Positions 8,868-19,700 of a stretch of DNA of 64,000 nt are shown piece after piece. The notes beneath the pieces are model-generated. The model had not been told where the DNA came from, searched no databases, and saw only the letters and a list, made by a program, of their open reading frames with translations. Each line of letters starts with the position of its first letter. The first letter of the stretch is position 1. Source of the DNA: Patescibacteria group bacterium (lineage in GTDB: Bacteria; Patescibacteriota; Minisyncoccia; 2-02-FULL-40-12; IGHO2-01-FULL-4-A); assembly GCA_038064915.1 (NCBI GenBank), contig JBBTSB010000010.1:19809-83808 (forward strand). Reading direction: 5' to 3'. The position numbers and the translations under genes were made by a program.

Positions 8868-10091
8868 TCAGTGCTGTTCTGGTTGCGCAGTCTTTAGCGG
8901 TATATATCGAACGGGAAAACTCATGGTACCGCTATTTTCTGTTTTGCTCCCAAAGAAAATAGGAAGATCGTATCTACGGTTATTGGATCCCCAGGTTTTT
9001 GCTATTTTTCCTGTTTCGATATCGACGATTGTTTGATATCCTAGTACCGGAACAAACATCAAATATTTATAGTTAAGAAAAGAGAGTTTAGCATTGTACT
9101 CTCCATCAACCAGCGCTCCTTTTAGTGTAACTTGTATAGGTCCGCTTAATTTTTCTTCATTTCGAATGTATTTGAAAATATATGTGTGTTGTGCAGATTC
9201 CTGAGGATTGTTAACCCCGTGAGGATAAATAGTCCCCATTTTGGAATGGCAAAAATATTCACTGGCTTTAACTGCTAATCCAAGGCAAGGCACTGGTGTG
9301 TCGAGGAAAGATACTACGGGATTGTTTTCAAGATTACTTACTGCATAAATACCTTTTTCGTTATACGTATACAATGTATTATCTACGTCCGACCAAATAA
9401 TCCTTGGGTCAGTAGAGTAAGGTTCTCCAATTTCGGGGTATAACAGATTGTCTAGTTCCTTGTAAAAAATCTTTTGCTTTTTTACGAGATCGTATATGAC
9501 AAAATGGGCATACTCACTGGTTTCCCAGAGATGTAAATTCGAACACGTCGTACCTTCTTTGCAAGGCTGTATTATTTGTGCAATAAAACGCTCATCATTA
9601 GACCAAGCTATTCCTCCATCTTCTTCGCTCCCAATATATTGCGGAGTCGAAGACTTGTGCACATAGTCTGGAAGAGTGAATACCTCGTTCCCGTGGGCAT
9701 CAACAATGATGACCTCATATGTCTCTGAATATGTATGGACAAATTTTTCGTAGTACGATCCTTGAGGAGAAAATCTGCCTGGATCATAATCAAAGCTTTT
9801 TAACACTCGAACGTCTTTTCCGCGAATATCACTTATAATCAATTGCGCTTTGCCATTTGATGGACAAGATGATTCCCGATAAGTTCTTTTATAACAATCG
9901 GTTAAATATATGAAGTCCCCATCAATAACTATTGGATCACTGATTTCATATGATGATTTGTGTGGAGTGTAAAAGATAATTAAGCTGATAATCGCAATCA
10001 ATACAACAACAGTCACAATATAAATCGTTTTTTTAGGGGAAAAATTATGTTGCTCATCCTGAGATTGGATTATCTGATCGTTACCTTCCAT
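8868..10091 (-). CDS. hypothetical membrane-anchored protein (407 aa), AT-rich, possible beta-propeller-like extracellular domain
   Basis: Long ORF with an N-terminal TM helix, lying inside a segment bounded by 25-bp direct repeats. Confidence 0.55.
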   Translation of the reverse strand: MEGNDQIIQSQDEQHNFSPKKTIYIVTVVVLIAIISLIIFYTPHKSSYEISDPIVIDGDFIYLTDCYKRTYRESSCPSNGKAQLIISDIRGKDVRVLKSFDYDPGRFSPQGSYYEKFVHTYSETYEVIIVDAHGNEVFTLPDYVHKSSTPQYIGSEEDGGIAWSNDERFIAQIIQPCKEGTTCSNLHLWETSEYAHFVIYDLVKKQKIFYKELDNLLYPEIGEPYSTDPRIIWSDVDNTLYTYNEKGIYAVSNLENNPVVSFLDTPVPCLGLAVKASEYFCHSKMGTIYPHGVNNPQESAQHTYIFKYIRNEEKLSGPIQVTLKGALVDGEYNAKLSFLNYKYLMFVPVLGYQTIVDIETGKIAKTWGSNNRRYDLPIFFGSKTENSGTMSFPVRYIPLKTAQPEQH

Positions 10092-10140
10092 AGAAAATTT
10101 CTATCACCCGTTAATATAGCATACCATAACAACCTAGGAG

Positions 10141-10166
10141 CACAAAAAAAGCCGTGAGGCTTTGTT
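10141..10166 (-). terminator. Rho-independent terminator downstream of rpsR (AAAGCCTCACGGCTTTTTTT on minus strand)
   Basis: 6-bp GC stem plus T7 run read on the minus strand. Confidence 0.6.
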
Positions 10167-10177
10167 TCAAAGTCTAA

Positions 10178-10202
10178 TCAAATAAGTCTACTTCTTTCTC
10201 GT
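10178..10202. repeat. 25-bp direct repeat (right copy) overlapping the last 4 codons of rpsR
   Basis: identical to 8821..8845. Confidence 0.7.
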
Positions 10203-10400
10203 TTGCGCTCTCGTGTAGGGCATAAGTGCCATGAAGCGGGCGAGTTTTACGGCTTGCGCGATTTGACGCTGATGCTTTTTGCACATCTCGGTGCGGGATG
10301 ACGAGGAAATCTTGAACATGCCCGAAACAAATTTGCGGAGGACATCCGTTTGTTTGTAGTCAACGTAAGTTATTTTTTCCTGACAGGCGGGACAAGGCAT
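10188..10400 (-). CDS. rpsR: 30S ribosomal protein S18
   Basis: CPACQEKITYVDYK…LRKF…KHQRQIAQAVKLARFMALMPY signature. Confidence 0.9.
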   Translation of the reverse strand: MPCPACQEKITYVDYKQTDVLRKFVSGMFKISSSSRTEMCKKHQRQIAQAVKLARFMALMPYTRAQTRKK

Positions 10401-10430
10401 AATATTAATTTAAAATGTAAATATCAAAAA

Positions 10431-10925
10431 TCAAAATGGGATGTCCTTCAGATCGATCTCGGCTTCTTCTACTCCTTCTTCTTTGCCGAGAGGATTAATA
10501 GGGGCGTTCTCTTCAATAACAGGTATATCTTCAACCTCGGGAGCGGGCTTGCCCGCCGAAGCTGTAGCGGAGGCGGGCGCAGAGGCAAAGTTACCCGATT
10601 TTGGTCCCAACTGCAAGCCTTCTGCTACTATTTCTGTACGATAGCGTTTTACGCCGTCATTACCTTGCCACGAGCGGGTTTGCAGTCTACCCTCAAACAT
10701 GGCGAGTTGACCTTTCTTTAGATACTTGCTGGCAACGTCGGCAAGTCCGGCCCAAGCGACGATCGTATGAAACTCCACCTGTTCTTGTTTCTGACCGCTT
10801 GTACGATCATTCCACACCCGATTGGTTGCAACACGGATGGTAGCGACTTGCTGACCGCTTGGAGTCGTACGTGTTTCCGGATCTGCCGTCAATCTGCCGA
10901 CGATGAAGACTTTGTTTAAATTCAT
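10431..10925 (-). CDS. ssb: single-stranded DNA-binding protein
   Basis: OB-fold N-terminus (VFIVGRLTADPE…), Gly/Ala-rich linker and C-terminal acidic tail ending DIPF. Confidence 0.9.
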   Translation of the reverse strand: MNLNKVFIVGRLTADPETRTTPSGQQVATIRVATNRVWNDRTSGQKQEQVEFHTIVAWAGLADVASKYLKKGQLAMFEGRLQTRSWQGNDGVKRYRTEIVAEGLQLGPKSGNFASAPASATASAGKPAPEVEDIPVIEENAPINPLGKEEGVEEAEIDLKDIPF

Positions 10926-11386
10926 TATATTTTTTCCAAAACATCCTCCAGCTTCTTTTCCATTTGTTTTTCTTCCGCTGGACTGGCTTTTTCTATGGGC
11001 TTTGGTGTCGGTGTCACATGCGTGCGAATTTTGCGTGATCGCTGTTCACCAAACGTGCGAAGCTCTTTTCCTTCGGGCTTGTGAATGATCAAGAATCGCA
11101 GTATACCTTCTTGGAGTTTGAGCTGTGCATTTACCCCGGCGAGCATGTCTGCTGGGCCGCTAAAATCCATGACTCCCATATATGCTTCGTGATGGCGAGT
11201 GATTGGATAGGAGAGGTGGACCTTTTTTGGATCGCGAGAGGTGCTTACCGTACCGCCGTTTTGCGTGATTAAAGACTCCACATCTTGCATGTGGGTTTTG
11301 ATCTTTGCTTCCTCAAGGTCGGGTTTCATGTGGTATGCCAGTTCGTACATCCCGTTTACTCTAGCATGGTAGTTGCGCTTTTTCAA
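10925..11386 (-). CDS. rpsF: 30S ribosomal protein S6 (real start probably the internal MYELAYHMKPDL)
   Basis: S6-like pattern plus the classic rpsF-ssb-rpsR gene order. Confidence 0.8.
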   Translation of the reverse strand: MKKRNYHARVNGMYELAYHMKPDLEEAKIKTHMQDVESLITQNGGTVSTSRDPKKVHLSYPITRHHEAYMGVMDFSGPADMLAGVNAQLKLQEGILRFLIIHKPEGKELRTFGEQRSRKIRTHVTPTPKPIEKASPAEEKQMEKKLEDVLEKI

Positions 11387-11407
11387 GTGGTTTGCTATAC
11401 CTCATGC

Positions 11408-11656
11408 ATGGACTTCACAAAATTAAAAGAGATAGCAAAGCGCCTAGGTGGTATTCTCGTGATGGACGGCAATGAGCCGGAGTTTGTCGTTATGTCGTAT
11501 GACCGTTTCAATGCCCTTGAAGCTGTTCCCCAATCGGTGCCGGTATCGCAAGCAGTTCCCGAAGATGAACAGCTCATCGACGCTCTCAACAAGGAAATCT
11601 TGGCGCTCAAAGAGGAAATTCGCCAAAAGGAAGTTTCCGAAGCGGAGATGGTGTAG
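11408..11656 (+). CDS. small protein with Phd/YefM-antitoxin-like N-terminus (MDFTKLKEIAKRLGGILVMDGNEPEFVVMSYDRFNAL…) and coiled-coil tail
   Basis: In-frame ATG at 11408 within ORF 11285..11656; divergent from rpsF. Confidence 0.35.
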   Translation: MDFTKLKEIAKRLGGILVMDGNEPEFVVMSYDRFNALEAVPQSVPVSQAVPEDEQLIDALNKEILALKEEIRQKEVSEAEMV

Positions 11657-11747
11657 TCTCGTTTGACTTCCTTTTTTTTTCTGCTATACTTCCCTTACTA
11701 AATAGTTAACCTACAGCCTAGGGTATCTCGGCTGTATTTTCAGTGTC

Positions 11748-12947
11748 ATGGCAGGAAAATTTGAACGAACAAAGCCGCACCTCAACGTCGGCACCATCGG
11801 TCACGTTGACCATGGAAAGACAACGCTCACCGCGGCGATTTTGCACTCGCTGAATTTGCTCGGTGAAGGATACAAAGCACGGGTCGAAAAAGTAGACCAA
11901 ATCGACAATGCTCCCGAAGAAAAAGCCCGTGGTATTACCATTGCTTTGCACCACTCTGAGTACGAGACACCGAAGCGTCACTACGCGCACATAGATGCTC
12001 CCGGTCACGCTGACTACATCAAGAACATGATTACCGGTGCCGCCCAGATGGATGGCGCCGTACTCGTAGTTTCTGCTCCTGACGGTCCGATGCCTCAGAC
12101 TCGTGAACACATCTTGCTTGCCCGCCAGGTCGGCGTTCCTGCGATTATTGTGTTTATGAACAAGATGGACATGGTAGAAGATCCTGAACTTGCCGATCTC
12201 GTAGAGGCGGAAATTCGGGAACTCTTAAACAAGTATCAATATCCCGGCGATAAGACCAAAATCATTCGCGGTTCAGCAATAAAAGCGCTTGAAGCTACGT
12301 CAAAAGACGATCCTGCGCTTGCTCCTTTAAAAGAACTGGCTGAAGCACTCGACAATGAAATTCCCGATCCTGTCCGTGAAACTGACAAACCGTTCCTCAT
12401 GCCCGTCGAAGACGTCTTCTCTATTGAAGGCCGCGGTACGGTGGTTACGGGAAGAATCGAGCGCGGTACGGTGAAAGTGAACGAAGAAATCGAAATCGTC
12501 GGTATCAAGGCAACCGCCAAAACCGTCATCACCGGAATCGAAATGTTCAACAAGCAACTCGATGAAGGAATGGCCGGCGACAATGCTGGACTCCTCCTTC
12601 GCGGACTCAAGAAAGAAGATGTTGCTCGCGGACAGGTACTTGCCAAGCCCGGCAGTATCACCCCGCACACTGAATTTGAATCCGAAGTGTATATTCTCTC
12701 CAAGGAAGAGGGTGGACGACATACCCCATTCTTTAAAGGCTACAAGCCGCAGTTCTATTTCCGAACTACGGACGTCACGGGAGAGGTGACCCTACCCGAG
12801 GGAACTGAAATGGTTATGCCTGGGGACACCGTCACCTTTAAAGTAAAACTCATCGCTCCGATTGCCATGCAGGAGAAACAGCGCTTCGCCATTCGCGAAG
12901 GCGGCAAGACGGTAGGAGCCGGCGTCGTAACGAAAGTAATCGCATAG
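11748..12947 (+). CDS. tuf: elongation factor Tu
   Basis: [26 protein letters not shown] motifs. Confidence 0.97.
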   Translation: MAGKFERTKPHLNVGTIGHVDHGKTTLTAAILHSLNLLGEGYKARVEKVDQIDNAPEEKARGITIALHHSEYETPKRHYAHIDAPGHADYIKNMITGAAQMDGAVLVVSAPDGPMPQTREHILLARQVGVPAIIVFMNKMDMVEDPELADLVEAEIRELLNKYQYPGDKTKIIRGSAIKALEATSKDDPALAPLKELAEALDNEIPDPVRETDKPFLMPVEDVFSIEGRGTVVTGRIERGTVKVNEEIEIVGIKATAKTVITGIEMFNKQLDEGMAGDNAGLLLRGLKKEDVARGQVLAKPGSITPHTEFESEVYILSKEEGGRHTPFFKGYKPQFYFRTTDVTGEVTLPEGTEMVMPGDTVTFKVKLIAPIAMQEKQRFAIREGGKTVGAGVVTKVIA

Positions 12948-12949
12948 CC

Positions 12950-13285
12950 ATGGCAGCCAAAGCACCCCGAAAATCCGAGGCATCACAGAGAATCAGAATC
13001 AAGCTGAAGGCTTACGACAATAAGATTATCGACAAATCGGCAAAGCAGATCGTAGAGACGATCGAACGCAATGGGGGCAGGGTCATTGGCCCTGTCCCTT
13101 TGCCGACCGAAATTCACAAGTATACGGTGAATCGTTCTTCGTTTATCGATAAAAATTCACGCGAACAATTTGAAATGCGAGTCCATAAGCGGCTTATTGA
13201 TATCCCGAGTCACAGCTCGAAGATCATTGATTCGCTTATGAACTTGAATCTGCCTGCAGGGGTGGATATCGAGCTCAAAATGTAA
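12950..13285 (+). CDS. rpsJ: 30S ribosomal protein S10
   Basis: [10 protein letters not shown]…S10 signature. Confidence 0.93.
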   Translation: MAAKAPRKSEASQRIRIKLKAYDNKIIDKSAKQIVETIERNGGRVIGPVPLPTEIHKYTVNRSSFIDKNSREQFEMRVHKRLIDIPSHSSKIIDSLMNLNLPAGVDIELKM

Positions 13286-13287
13286 GT

Positions 13288-13818
13288 ATGGCATTTATTA
13301 TTGGACAAAAAATCGGGATGACCCGAGTATTTAACGACGACGGCATCGTAACTCCCGTTACGGTGGTTCAAACTGGCCCGATGAAGGCAATCCAAGATCG
13401 TGGCCATGCTATTCAGTTTAGTTATCAAGCCGGAAAGAAGACAAAGAAAAAAGAAATAAAGACAGTAGCAACGGTGGGCGACGAAATCACCATTGGTGAC
13501 TTTAAAACAGGTGACCAAGTGAAAGTCACGGGAATTTCCAAAGCAAAAGGATTTCAAGGTGCGGTGAAACGCCACGGATTTCACGGAATGCCCGCAAGCC
13601 ACGGCCACCACCATGTGATGCGTCACGTGGGTTCCATCGGTCAGCGCTTTCCCCAGCATACCCTGAAGGGTCTTCGCATGGCTGGACGCATGGGCGGTCG
13701 CACGACCACAACGCGTGGACTCAAGGTGGTGAGCGTTGATACGGAAAAAAATATTCTCGCGCTGAAAGGTGCGGTTCCCGGCAAGCGTGGATCATGGCTC
13801 GCCATTCAAACACTATGA
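13288..13818 (+). CDS. rplC: 50S ribosomal protein L3
   Basis: GQKIGMTRVF…L3 signature. Confidence 0.92.
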   Translation: MAFIIGQKIGMTRVFNDDGIVTPVTVVQTGPMKAIQDRGHAIQFSYQAGKKTKKKEIKTVATVGDEITIGDFKTGDQVKVTGISKAKGFQGAVKRHGFHGMPASHGHHHVMRHVGSIGQRFPQHTLKGLRMAGRMGGRTTTTRGLKVVSVDTEKNILALKGAVPGKRGSWLAIQTL

Positions 13819-14447
13819 ACATAAAACTCCACAACCAAATGGGCGAGGAAATTGGTACCGTGGAGTTGCCCGCGGCGTTGTTTGAGGTTGCCATGAACGC
13901 AGACGTGCTCCATCAGGTTGTCCAAGCACAGCTTGCCAATGCTCGTCATCCGATCGCTCATACCAAGGGACGCGGTGAAGTTCGCGGTGGTGGCAAGAAA
14001 CCCTGGCGCCAAAAAGGAACCGGTCGCGCTCGACATGCATCTATCCGGTCTCCTATTTGGAAGGGTGGAGGCGTAGCATTCGGTCCGACCAAAGAGCGCA
14101 ACTTTGCTCGCAAGATGAATAAAAAAACCGTTCGCAAAGCGCTTGCTATGGTGCTTTCTGCAAAGGTAAGTGATGGTGAGTTGCTCGTTCTCGATCGCAT
14201 TGCATTTCCGGAGGCGAAAACAAAACAGGCGATTGCCATGTTCAAAAAATTCATTAAGCCCCGTGACTCTATCCTTGTTGTCACACCGGAGAAGGATCGT
14301 CTCGTAGAACGTACGATACGCAATATACCGAAAACGCATGTATCGGCAGCAGACAGTTTGAACGTACGCGATGTGTTGCAGGCAAAGTATCTCATGCTTA
14401 CCCAGGAATCAATTCCCGTAATTTCAAAAACATATGGCATGGTTTAA
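13815..14447 (+). CDS. rplD: 50S ribosomal protein L4
   Basis: ATGA overlap with rplC; [22 protein letters not shown] motif. Confidence 0.9.
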   Translation: MNIKLHNQMGEEIGTVELPAALFEVAMNADVLHQVVQAQLANARHPIAHTKGRGEVRGGGKKPWRQKGTGRARHASIRSPIWKGGGVAFGPTKERNFARKMNKKTVRKALAMVLSAKVSDGELLVLDRIAFPEAKTKQAIAMFKKFIKPRDSILVVTPEKDRLVERTIRNIPKTHVSAADSLNVRDVLQAKYLMLTQESIPVISKTYGMV

Positions 14448-14802
14448 AAAAGATACAAAAGAAAAAAAGGAACCTCTCGATGAGCAAGAAGCCGCTCCGG
14501 CAGTTGCCGCACCGAAGGCGGGAGATTCACGATCCTATACGGTAATCCGTGGTCCGCATGTTACGGAGAAAGCATCGAACTCTGCGTCCTTGGGGAAGTA
14601 TGTGTTTAGGGTGGGTCCTGATGCAAATAAGCTGGAGGTTCGCCGTTCTATTGAAAAGCTCTATAAAGTGAAAGTTGCGAGCGTCCACATGCTCATTATG
14701 CCTTCGAAATTTCGCCAGGTGGGACGACACCATGGGGAACGGTCCGGGTACAAGAAAGCTGTCGTAACCCTGCGCCCCGGCGAAAAAATAGATATCACCT
14801 AA
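14434..14802 (+). CDS. rplW: 50S ribosomal protein L23 (with N-terminal extension)
   Basis: L23 core ([26 protein letters not shown]). Confidence 0.88.
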   Translation: MAWFKKDTKEKKEPLDEQEAAPAVAAPKAGDSRSYTVIRGPHVTEKASNSASLGKYVFRVGPDANKLEVRRSIEKLYKVKVASVHMLIMPSKFRQVGRHHGERSGYKKAVVTLRPGEKIDIT

Positions 14803-14803
14803 T

Positions 14804-15631
14804 ATGCCAAAGAATTACAGCCCCACAACTCCCTCGAGACGGCACATGCAAGGGTATGACTTCTCGAATCTCTCCCCTGTAGCACCACTCAAGAAACTCA
14901 CGGTTGGTTTTCAGCGTGCCATGGGGCGCAGCAACCAAGGCCGTATTACTACACGCCATAAGGGCGGAGGACACAAACGATCCTACCGACTCATTGATTT
15001 TAGGCAGGAAAAAATGAATATTCCCGCGACGGTATTTTCTCTTGAATACGATCCCAACCGTACGAGTCGCATCGCACGACTGCACTTTGCTGATGGTGAA
15101 AAACGCTACATTCTTGCACCCGAAGGACTGAAGGTGGGAGACACGCTTATGACGGCCGATCGCACCAAGCTTTCTCCCGGCAATCGCATGCGCTTGCGCA
15201 ATATTCCGCAAGGAAGTATGATTCACAATCTTGAGATCCACCCGGGGAAAGGGGGACAGATTGTACGGTCCGCTGGCATGGGGGCTACGGTGCTTGCGCA
15301 CGAAGGAACCTATGTCCAGGTGGTGATGCCTTCATCTGAAGTGCGCAAATTTCACGGAGATATCATGGCTTCGCTGGGGCAACTTTCCAATATTGAACAC
15401 AGCTCCATCAACATGGGCAAGGCCGGACGACAGCGCCACAAGGGCGTGCGGCCGCAAGTACGCGGAAGCGCCATGAATCCGGTAGATCATCCGCATGGTG
15501 GAGGAGAAGGCCGCCAGGGCATTGGACTCAAGCATCCCAAAACCCCGTGGGGCAAAATCGCCTTAGGTGGCAAAACACGCGGCCGCAAGAAGAGATCCAA
15601 TTTATTTATCGTAAAGCGTCGCAAAAAATAA
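14804..15631 (+). CDS. rplB: 50S ribosomal protein L2
   Basis: L2 signature (…GGGHKR…[13 protein letters not shown]). Confidence 0.95.
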   Translation: MPKNYSPTTPSRRHMQGYDFSNLSPVAPLKKLTVGFQRAMGRSNQGRITTRHKGGGHKRSYRLIDFRQEKMNIPATVFSLEYDPNRTSRIARLHFADGEKRYILAPEGLKVGDTLMTADRTKLSPGNRMRLRNIPQGSMIHNLEIHPGKGGQIVRSAGMGATVLAHEGTYVQVVMPSSEVRKFHGDIMASLGQLSNIEHSSINMGKAGRQRHKGVRPQVRGSAMNPVDHPHGGGEGRQGIGLKHPKTPWGKIALGGKTRGRKKRSNLFIVKRRKK

Positions 15632-15633
15632 TC

Positions 15634-15978
15634 ATGTCACGATCAATCAAAAAAGGAATATTTGTCGATCCCAAACTGTTGAAAAAACTTGGCAAGGCAA
15701 AAAAGGGCGACATCATCAAAACATGGTCACGCTCATCGACGGTGACTCCTGAAATGGTTGGATTTACCTTTGGCGTTCACAATGGTCGCCAACACCTTCC
15801 CGTAATGATCAATGAAGACATGGTGGGACACAAGCTTGGAGAATTTTCACCAACCCGCAAATTTCAGCGCCATGGAGGTCGTATGCAAAAAGAAATTGAA
15901 GCGGCGGCAAAGCAAAAAGAATTGGATGCTGCAAAAGCAGCCAAGGTGGAGCCCGCAGCAGCTCCTGCAAAAAAATAA
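15634..15978 (+). CDS. rpsS: 30S ribosomal protein S19 with Lys/Ala-rich C-terminal extension
   Basis: Start [12 protein letters not shown] at ATG 15634, in frame with ORF 15547..15978. Confidence 0.9.
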   Translation: MSRSIKKGIFVDPKLLKKLGKAKKGDIIKTWSRSSTVTPEMVGFTFGVHNGRQHLPVMINEDMVGHKLGEFSPTRKFQRHGGRMQKEIEAAAKQKELDAAKAAKVEPAAAPAKK

Positions 15979-15981
15979 ACC

Positions 15982-16485
15982 ATGCAAGTTACCGCACACC
16001 TCAAATCAATACGGATTGCTCCTCGCAAAGTGCGATCGGTTACCCATATTCTCAAGGGCTTGGATGCGGTTGCGGCAAAGCATCAACTGCGCTATCTTAC
16101 GAGACGTTCTTCCCATCCCATCGAAAAGCTCATTGATTCCGCGCTTGCCAATGCAAACAACAATCTCGGACTGGTGCGTGAAAACATGCGCATCAAAGAT
16201 ATCATCGTTGGCGGAGGGCCGGTGCTCAAGCGTTTCGAGCCAAAAGGGTTTGGTTCGGTGTCCCCGGTGGCAAAGCGAACATCACACGTAACTATTATCC
16301 TCGAAGAGAAAGTACCTGGATTGAAGTCAGAGAAAAAAGAGGTGAAAAAAGAAGAAGTTCGCACAGAACACAAACACGATTCTGAACGGAAAAGTGCGAG
16401 CGCAGCGGATTATAGAGAATTAGGTCCCAAAGAGAGCGCCGTAAAGAAATTTACCAGGAAAATATTTCAGAGGAAATCAATTTAA
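15982..16485 (+). CDS. rplV: 50S ribosomal protein L22 with C-terminal extension
   Basis: L22 core (APRKVRSV…). Confidence 0.9.
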   Translation: MQVTAHLKSIRIAPRKVRSVTHILKGLDAVAAKHQLRYLTRRSSHPIEKLIDSALANANNNLGLVRENMRIKDIIVGGGPVLKRFEPKGFGSVSPVAKRTSHVTIILEEKVPGLKSEKKEVKKEEVRTEHKHDSERKSASAADYRELGPKESAVKKFTRKIFQRKSI

Positions 16486-16489
16486 TACC

Positions 16490-17125
16490 ATGGGACAAAA
16501 AATATCACCAATATCACTTCGTATCGCCGTAACCAAGGATTGGAAATCCAAGTGGTTTAGTACGCGCGCCTACAAGGATTTTTTGAAAGAAGATTTGGCT
16601 ATCAGGACCTTGTTGCAAAAGAAGCTGAAAGCAATGAGCGTGGATCGTATCAGTATCGAACGCAGTCCCGATGTGTTGACGGTCACGGTGCATACGGCGC
16701 GCCCCGGACTCATCATTGGACGAGCAGGGACGGGCGTGGAGGAGCTGAAGAAAGCTCTTCAGCGTATGATCAAGCGAAAAACCGCCATACGTCTGGATAT
16801 CCAAGAATACAAAAATCCCGAAAGCTCCGCTGCCATTATGGCGGAATCCATGGCTGAACAGATTGAAAAGCGCATGCAGTATCGCCGTGTTCTTAAGCAA
16901 ACTCTTGCCAAGATCATGGCGAGCCGGCTTGTCAAAGGAGCAAAAGTGACGCTATCCGGACGTTTAGATGGAAATGAAATCGCCCGCATTGAACACCTGG
17001 AACAGGGAAATTTGCCGCTCCAAACGCTTCGCGCCGATATTGATTTTGCAAGAGCTACTGCCTATACCACCTATGGAACCGTAGGCGTAAAGGTGTGGAT
17101 TTATAAAGGAATGAAATTTGAATAA
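16490..17125 (+). CDS. rpsC: 30S ribosomal protein S3
   Basis: [12 protein letters not shown]… KH and S3-C domains. Confidence 0.93.
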   Translation: MGQKISPISLRIAVTKDWKSKWFSTRAYKDFLKEDLAIRTLLQKKLKAMSVDRISIERSPDVLTVTVHTARPGLIIGRAGTGVEELKKALQRMIKRKTAIRLDIQEYKNPESSAAIMAESMAEQIEKRMQYRRVLKQTLAKIMASRLVKGAKVTLSGRLDGNEIARIEHLEQGNLPLQTLRADIDFARATAYTTYGTVGVKVWIYKGMKFE

Positions 17126-17127
17126 TC

Positions 17128-17538
17128 ATGTTACAGCCTAAACGCATAAAACACCGCAAGGTCCATAAGAGCGCCTCCACCTGGAGGAAGGTTGCCAGTC
17201 GTGGATACTACTTGAGTTTCGGAAAGTATGGGCTGAAAGCGCTCGAAGCGGATTGGCTCAAATCTTCTCAGATCGAGGCCGCACGCCGTGCCATTAGTCA
17301 TTCTATCCAGCGTGGTGGTAAACTTTGGATCCGCGTGTTCCCCGACAAACCCCGTACCCAAAAAGGAGCTGAAGTGGGCATGGGTGGTGGCGCCGGATCA
17401 CTGTCGCATTTTGTTGCACCCATTGAAGCGGGAAGAATCTTATTTGAAATGGACGGTGTCGCGGAATCGATTGCTCGTGAAGCGTTTCGTCTTGCGGCGC
17501 ATAAACTGCCGGTAAAAACCAGATTTATAAAGAGATAA
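17128..17538 (+). CDS. rplP: 50S ribosomal protein L16
   Basis: [11 protein letters not shown]…L16 signature. Confidence 0.93.
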   Translation: MLQPKRIKHRKVHKSASTWRKVASRGYYLSFGKYGLKALEADWLKSSQIEAARRAISHSIQRGGKLWIRVFPDKPRTQKGAEVGMGGGAGSLSHFVAPIEAGRILFEMDGVAESIAREAFRLAAHKLPVKTRFIKR

Positions 17539-17539
17539 T

Positions 17540-17722
17540 ATGAAATTTTCTGATATAAAAACCAAAGACCGGTCCGAGTTGGAGGAATTGCTCAAAGAGT
17601 ACCAAGTGAAACTTGGCCAATTGAGCTTTGAGAGAGTTCGTAAAACACTGAAGAAATCCAGCGACGTTGGAAAAACCAGAAAAGTTATTGCACAAATTAA
17701 AACCATCCTCCATGGAATCTAA
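17540..17722 (+). CDS. rpmC: 50S ribosomal protein L29
   Basis: 60-aa helical protein at the L29 position in the operon. Confidence 0.85.
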   Translation: MKFSDIKTKDRSELEELLKEYQVKLGQLSFERVRKTLKKSSDVGKTRKVIAQIKTILHGI

Positions 17723-17942
17723 ACCACGCACATTACGAGGTGTTGTCGTATCCGATAAGATGATGAAAACCGTCGTCGTTGCAGTCACGCGTCTCAAAAA
17801 ACATCCCAAGTATTTAAAATACTACAAAGTTACCAAGAAGTTTAAGGCGCACGATGAAGAGAAGAAATACAAAACGGGGGACAAAGTAACTATCCAAGAA
17901 ACACGGCCATTATCGAAAGATAAGCGCTGGAACGTATTATGA
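17712..17942 (+). CDS. rpsQ: 30S ribosomal protein S17
   Basis: Start [17 protein letters not shown] at ATG 17712, overlapping the rpmC stop. Confidence 0.88.
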   Translation: MESKPRTLRGVVVSDKMMKTVVVAVTRLKKHPKYLKYYKVTKKFKAHDEEKKYKTGDKVTIQETRPLSKDKRWNVL

Positions 17943-18304
17943 TTCAGCTACGATCCATAGTTCAAGTTGCAGATAATAGCGGGGCCAAGAAGGTTGGCGT
18001 GTTTAAGGTGCTTGGCGGTTCCAAGCGTCGGTATGCCCAGCTTGGTGACATCGTAGTATGTTCCGTCAAGGTCGCTGAGCCGCGCAAGGCCGTAAAGAAA
18101 AAAGATGTCGTGAAGGCTGTCGTGGTACGTCAGAGAAATAATTTTCGTCGCAAAGATGGTAGTTATATCCGATTTGACGAAAATGCCGTTGTGCTTTTGG
18201 ATGGTGTTGAGCCAAAGGGCGGACGTATTTTCGGTCCCATTCCCCGCGAGATCAAAGAACGAGGATTTAATACCATCGCGAGTTTAGCTCAAGAAATTGT
18301 ATGA
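17939..18304 (+). CDS. rplN: 50S ribosomal protein L14
   Basis: [18 protein letters not shown]…. Confidence 0.95.
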   Translation: MIQLRSIVQVADNSGAKKVGVFKVLGGSKRRYAQLGDIVVCSVKVAEPRKAVKKKDVVKAVVVRQRNNFRRKDGSYIRFDENAVVLLDGVEPKGGRIFGPIPREIKERGFNTIASLAQEIV

Positions 18305-18600
18305 ACATTCGAAAAGGCGACAACGTCATCATGCTTGCTGGCAAAGACCGAGGAAAGACCGGGAAGGTTTTGTCCGTGCTCGAAGGACGTGTTGTCATTG
18401 AGGGCTTAAACACCATCAAAAAACACCAGCGTGCGAAAAAGCAGGGACAGAAGGGACAGATTATCACGAAAGAGCGTGCGGTGGATCGATCAAACGTACA
18501 GATAGTTTGCCCGAAATGCGGTAAGCCAACCCGTATTGGTCACCAGGTAGTTGGAGATAGAAAAATTAGAATTTGTAAAAAATGCCAAGCAGAATTTTAG
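18301..18600 (+). CDS. rplX: 50S ribosomal protein L24 (C-terminal CxxC…CxxC zinc ribbon)
   Basis: KOW motif plus zinc ribbon. Confidence 0.9.
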   Translation: MNIRKGDNVIMLAGKDRGKTGKVLSVLEGRVVIEGLNTIKKHQRAKKQGQKGQIITKERAVDRSNVQIVCPKCGKPTRIGHQVVGDRKIRICKKCQAEF

Positions 18601-19094
18601 AAAAATACCGCAAAGAATACGGTCATACAATGAAAGCCCCTCGGATCACCAAAGTAGTGCTCAACGTTGGCGTCGGGAAAATTGCAAAGGATGCGAAGGC
18701 GCTCGAAAAAATAGAGCAGGACCTTGCAAAAATCACCGGACAAAAACCCGCGCTCCGTGCCGCAAAAAAGTCCATTGCAGGATTCAAGGTTCGAGAAGGA
18801 ACCCCATCAGGATACATGGTTACCTTGCGTGGATCGCGAATGTATGATTTTATAGATAGGCTGATTTCGGTAGCATTGCCTAGGAGCCGCGACTTTCAGG
18901 GAATTCCTGAAAGTTCCTTTGATGCGGCAGGTAACCTCAATATAGGCATTAAAGAACATAACATTTTTCCTGAGGTGAGCTATGAGTCTTTAAAAGATAT
19001 TTTCGGTCTTGAGGTAACTATCGTGATCAATGCTGGATCCCGCAAGGAGGGAGTAGTACTACTCCGGTTTCTTGGATTTCCCATAAGAACATAG
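18582..19094 (+). CDS. rplE: 50S ribosomal protein L5
   Basis: L5 signature (…VVLNVGVG…). Confidence 0.92.
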   Translation: MPSRILEKYRKEYGHTMKAPRITKVVLNVGVGKIAKDAKALEKIEQDLAKITGQKPALRAAKKSIAGFKVREGTPSGYMVTLRGSRMYDFIDRLISVALPRSRDFQGIPESSFDAAGNLNIGIKEHNIFPEVSYESLKDIFGLEVTIVINAGSRKEGVVLLRFLGFPIRT

Positions 19095-19095
19095 C

Positions 19096-19281
19096 ATGGC
19101 AAAAACATCTACTATCGCACGATCCAATAAGAAACCGAAGTTTTCCAGCCGAAAGGTTAATCGGTGTTTCTTGTGCGGCCGCAAACATGGCTACATGAGG
19201 AAGTTTGGATTGTGCCGTATACACTTCAGAGAGCTTGCCACCGACGGCCTGCTCCCCGGAGTTCAAAAATCTTCCTGGTAA
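19096..19281 (+). CDS. rpsZ: 30S ribosomal protein S14 type Z (zinc-binding)
   Basis: 61 aa with CxxC…C…H. Confidence 0.9.
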   Translation: MAKTSTIARSNKKPKFSSRKVNRCFLCGRKHGYMRKFGLCRIHFRELATDGLLPGVQKSSW

Positions 19282-19312
19282 CTAATAACCTAATCAGCTA
19301 ATCACCTTTTCG

Positions 19313-19699
19313 ATGAGTCCACTTGCAAACATGTTAATACAGATCAAGAACGCCCAAATCAGGGGCTTGGAGGAAGTTCTTGTCCCTGCTTCCGGCATGA
19401 AACGTGCCATTGCGATGGTTTTGCAAAAAGAGGGGTTTTTAGCGAACGTGGAAGACATCAAGAAAAAGGGAAAAAAATCAGAACTTCCCTACCTCTCCAT
19501 CACACTCAAGCCTGATGCCATTCACGATGTGCTATTGATTTCAAAACCGTCTCGCCGCATGTACGCGGGGAATGCAGATATGGGCAGGATAAAGAACGGC
19601 TTTGGAACTGCGGTCATTAGCACGCCCAAGGGTATTATGACCAGTACCGATGCCCGCGCCGCAGGTGTGGGCGGAGAAGTTTTATTTGAAATTTGGTAA
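19313..19699 (+). CDS. rpsH: 30S ribosomal protein S8
   Basis: MSPLANMLIQIKNAQ…. Confidence 0.92.
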   Translation: MSPLANMLIQIKNAQIRGLEEVLVPASGMKRAIAMVLQKEGFLANVEDIKKKGKKSELPYLSITLKPDAIHDVLLISKPSRRMYAGNADMGRIKNGFGTAVISTPKGIMTSTDARAAGVGGEVLFEIW

Positions 19700-19700
19700 T

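Noticed and set aside
11657-11747. Possible tRNA upstream of tuf (common in other bacteria)
   Set aside because: No cloverleaf could be folded; only a small ACAGCC…GGCTGT hairpin is present.
12236-12722. Minus-strand ORFs inside tuf and other antisense ORFs inside ribosomal genes (for example 13806..14339 and 16514..16900)
   Set aside because: They are antisense to highly conserved, confidently identified genes.
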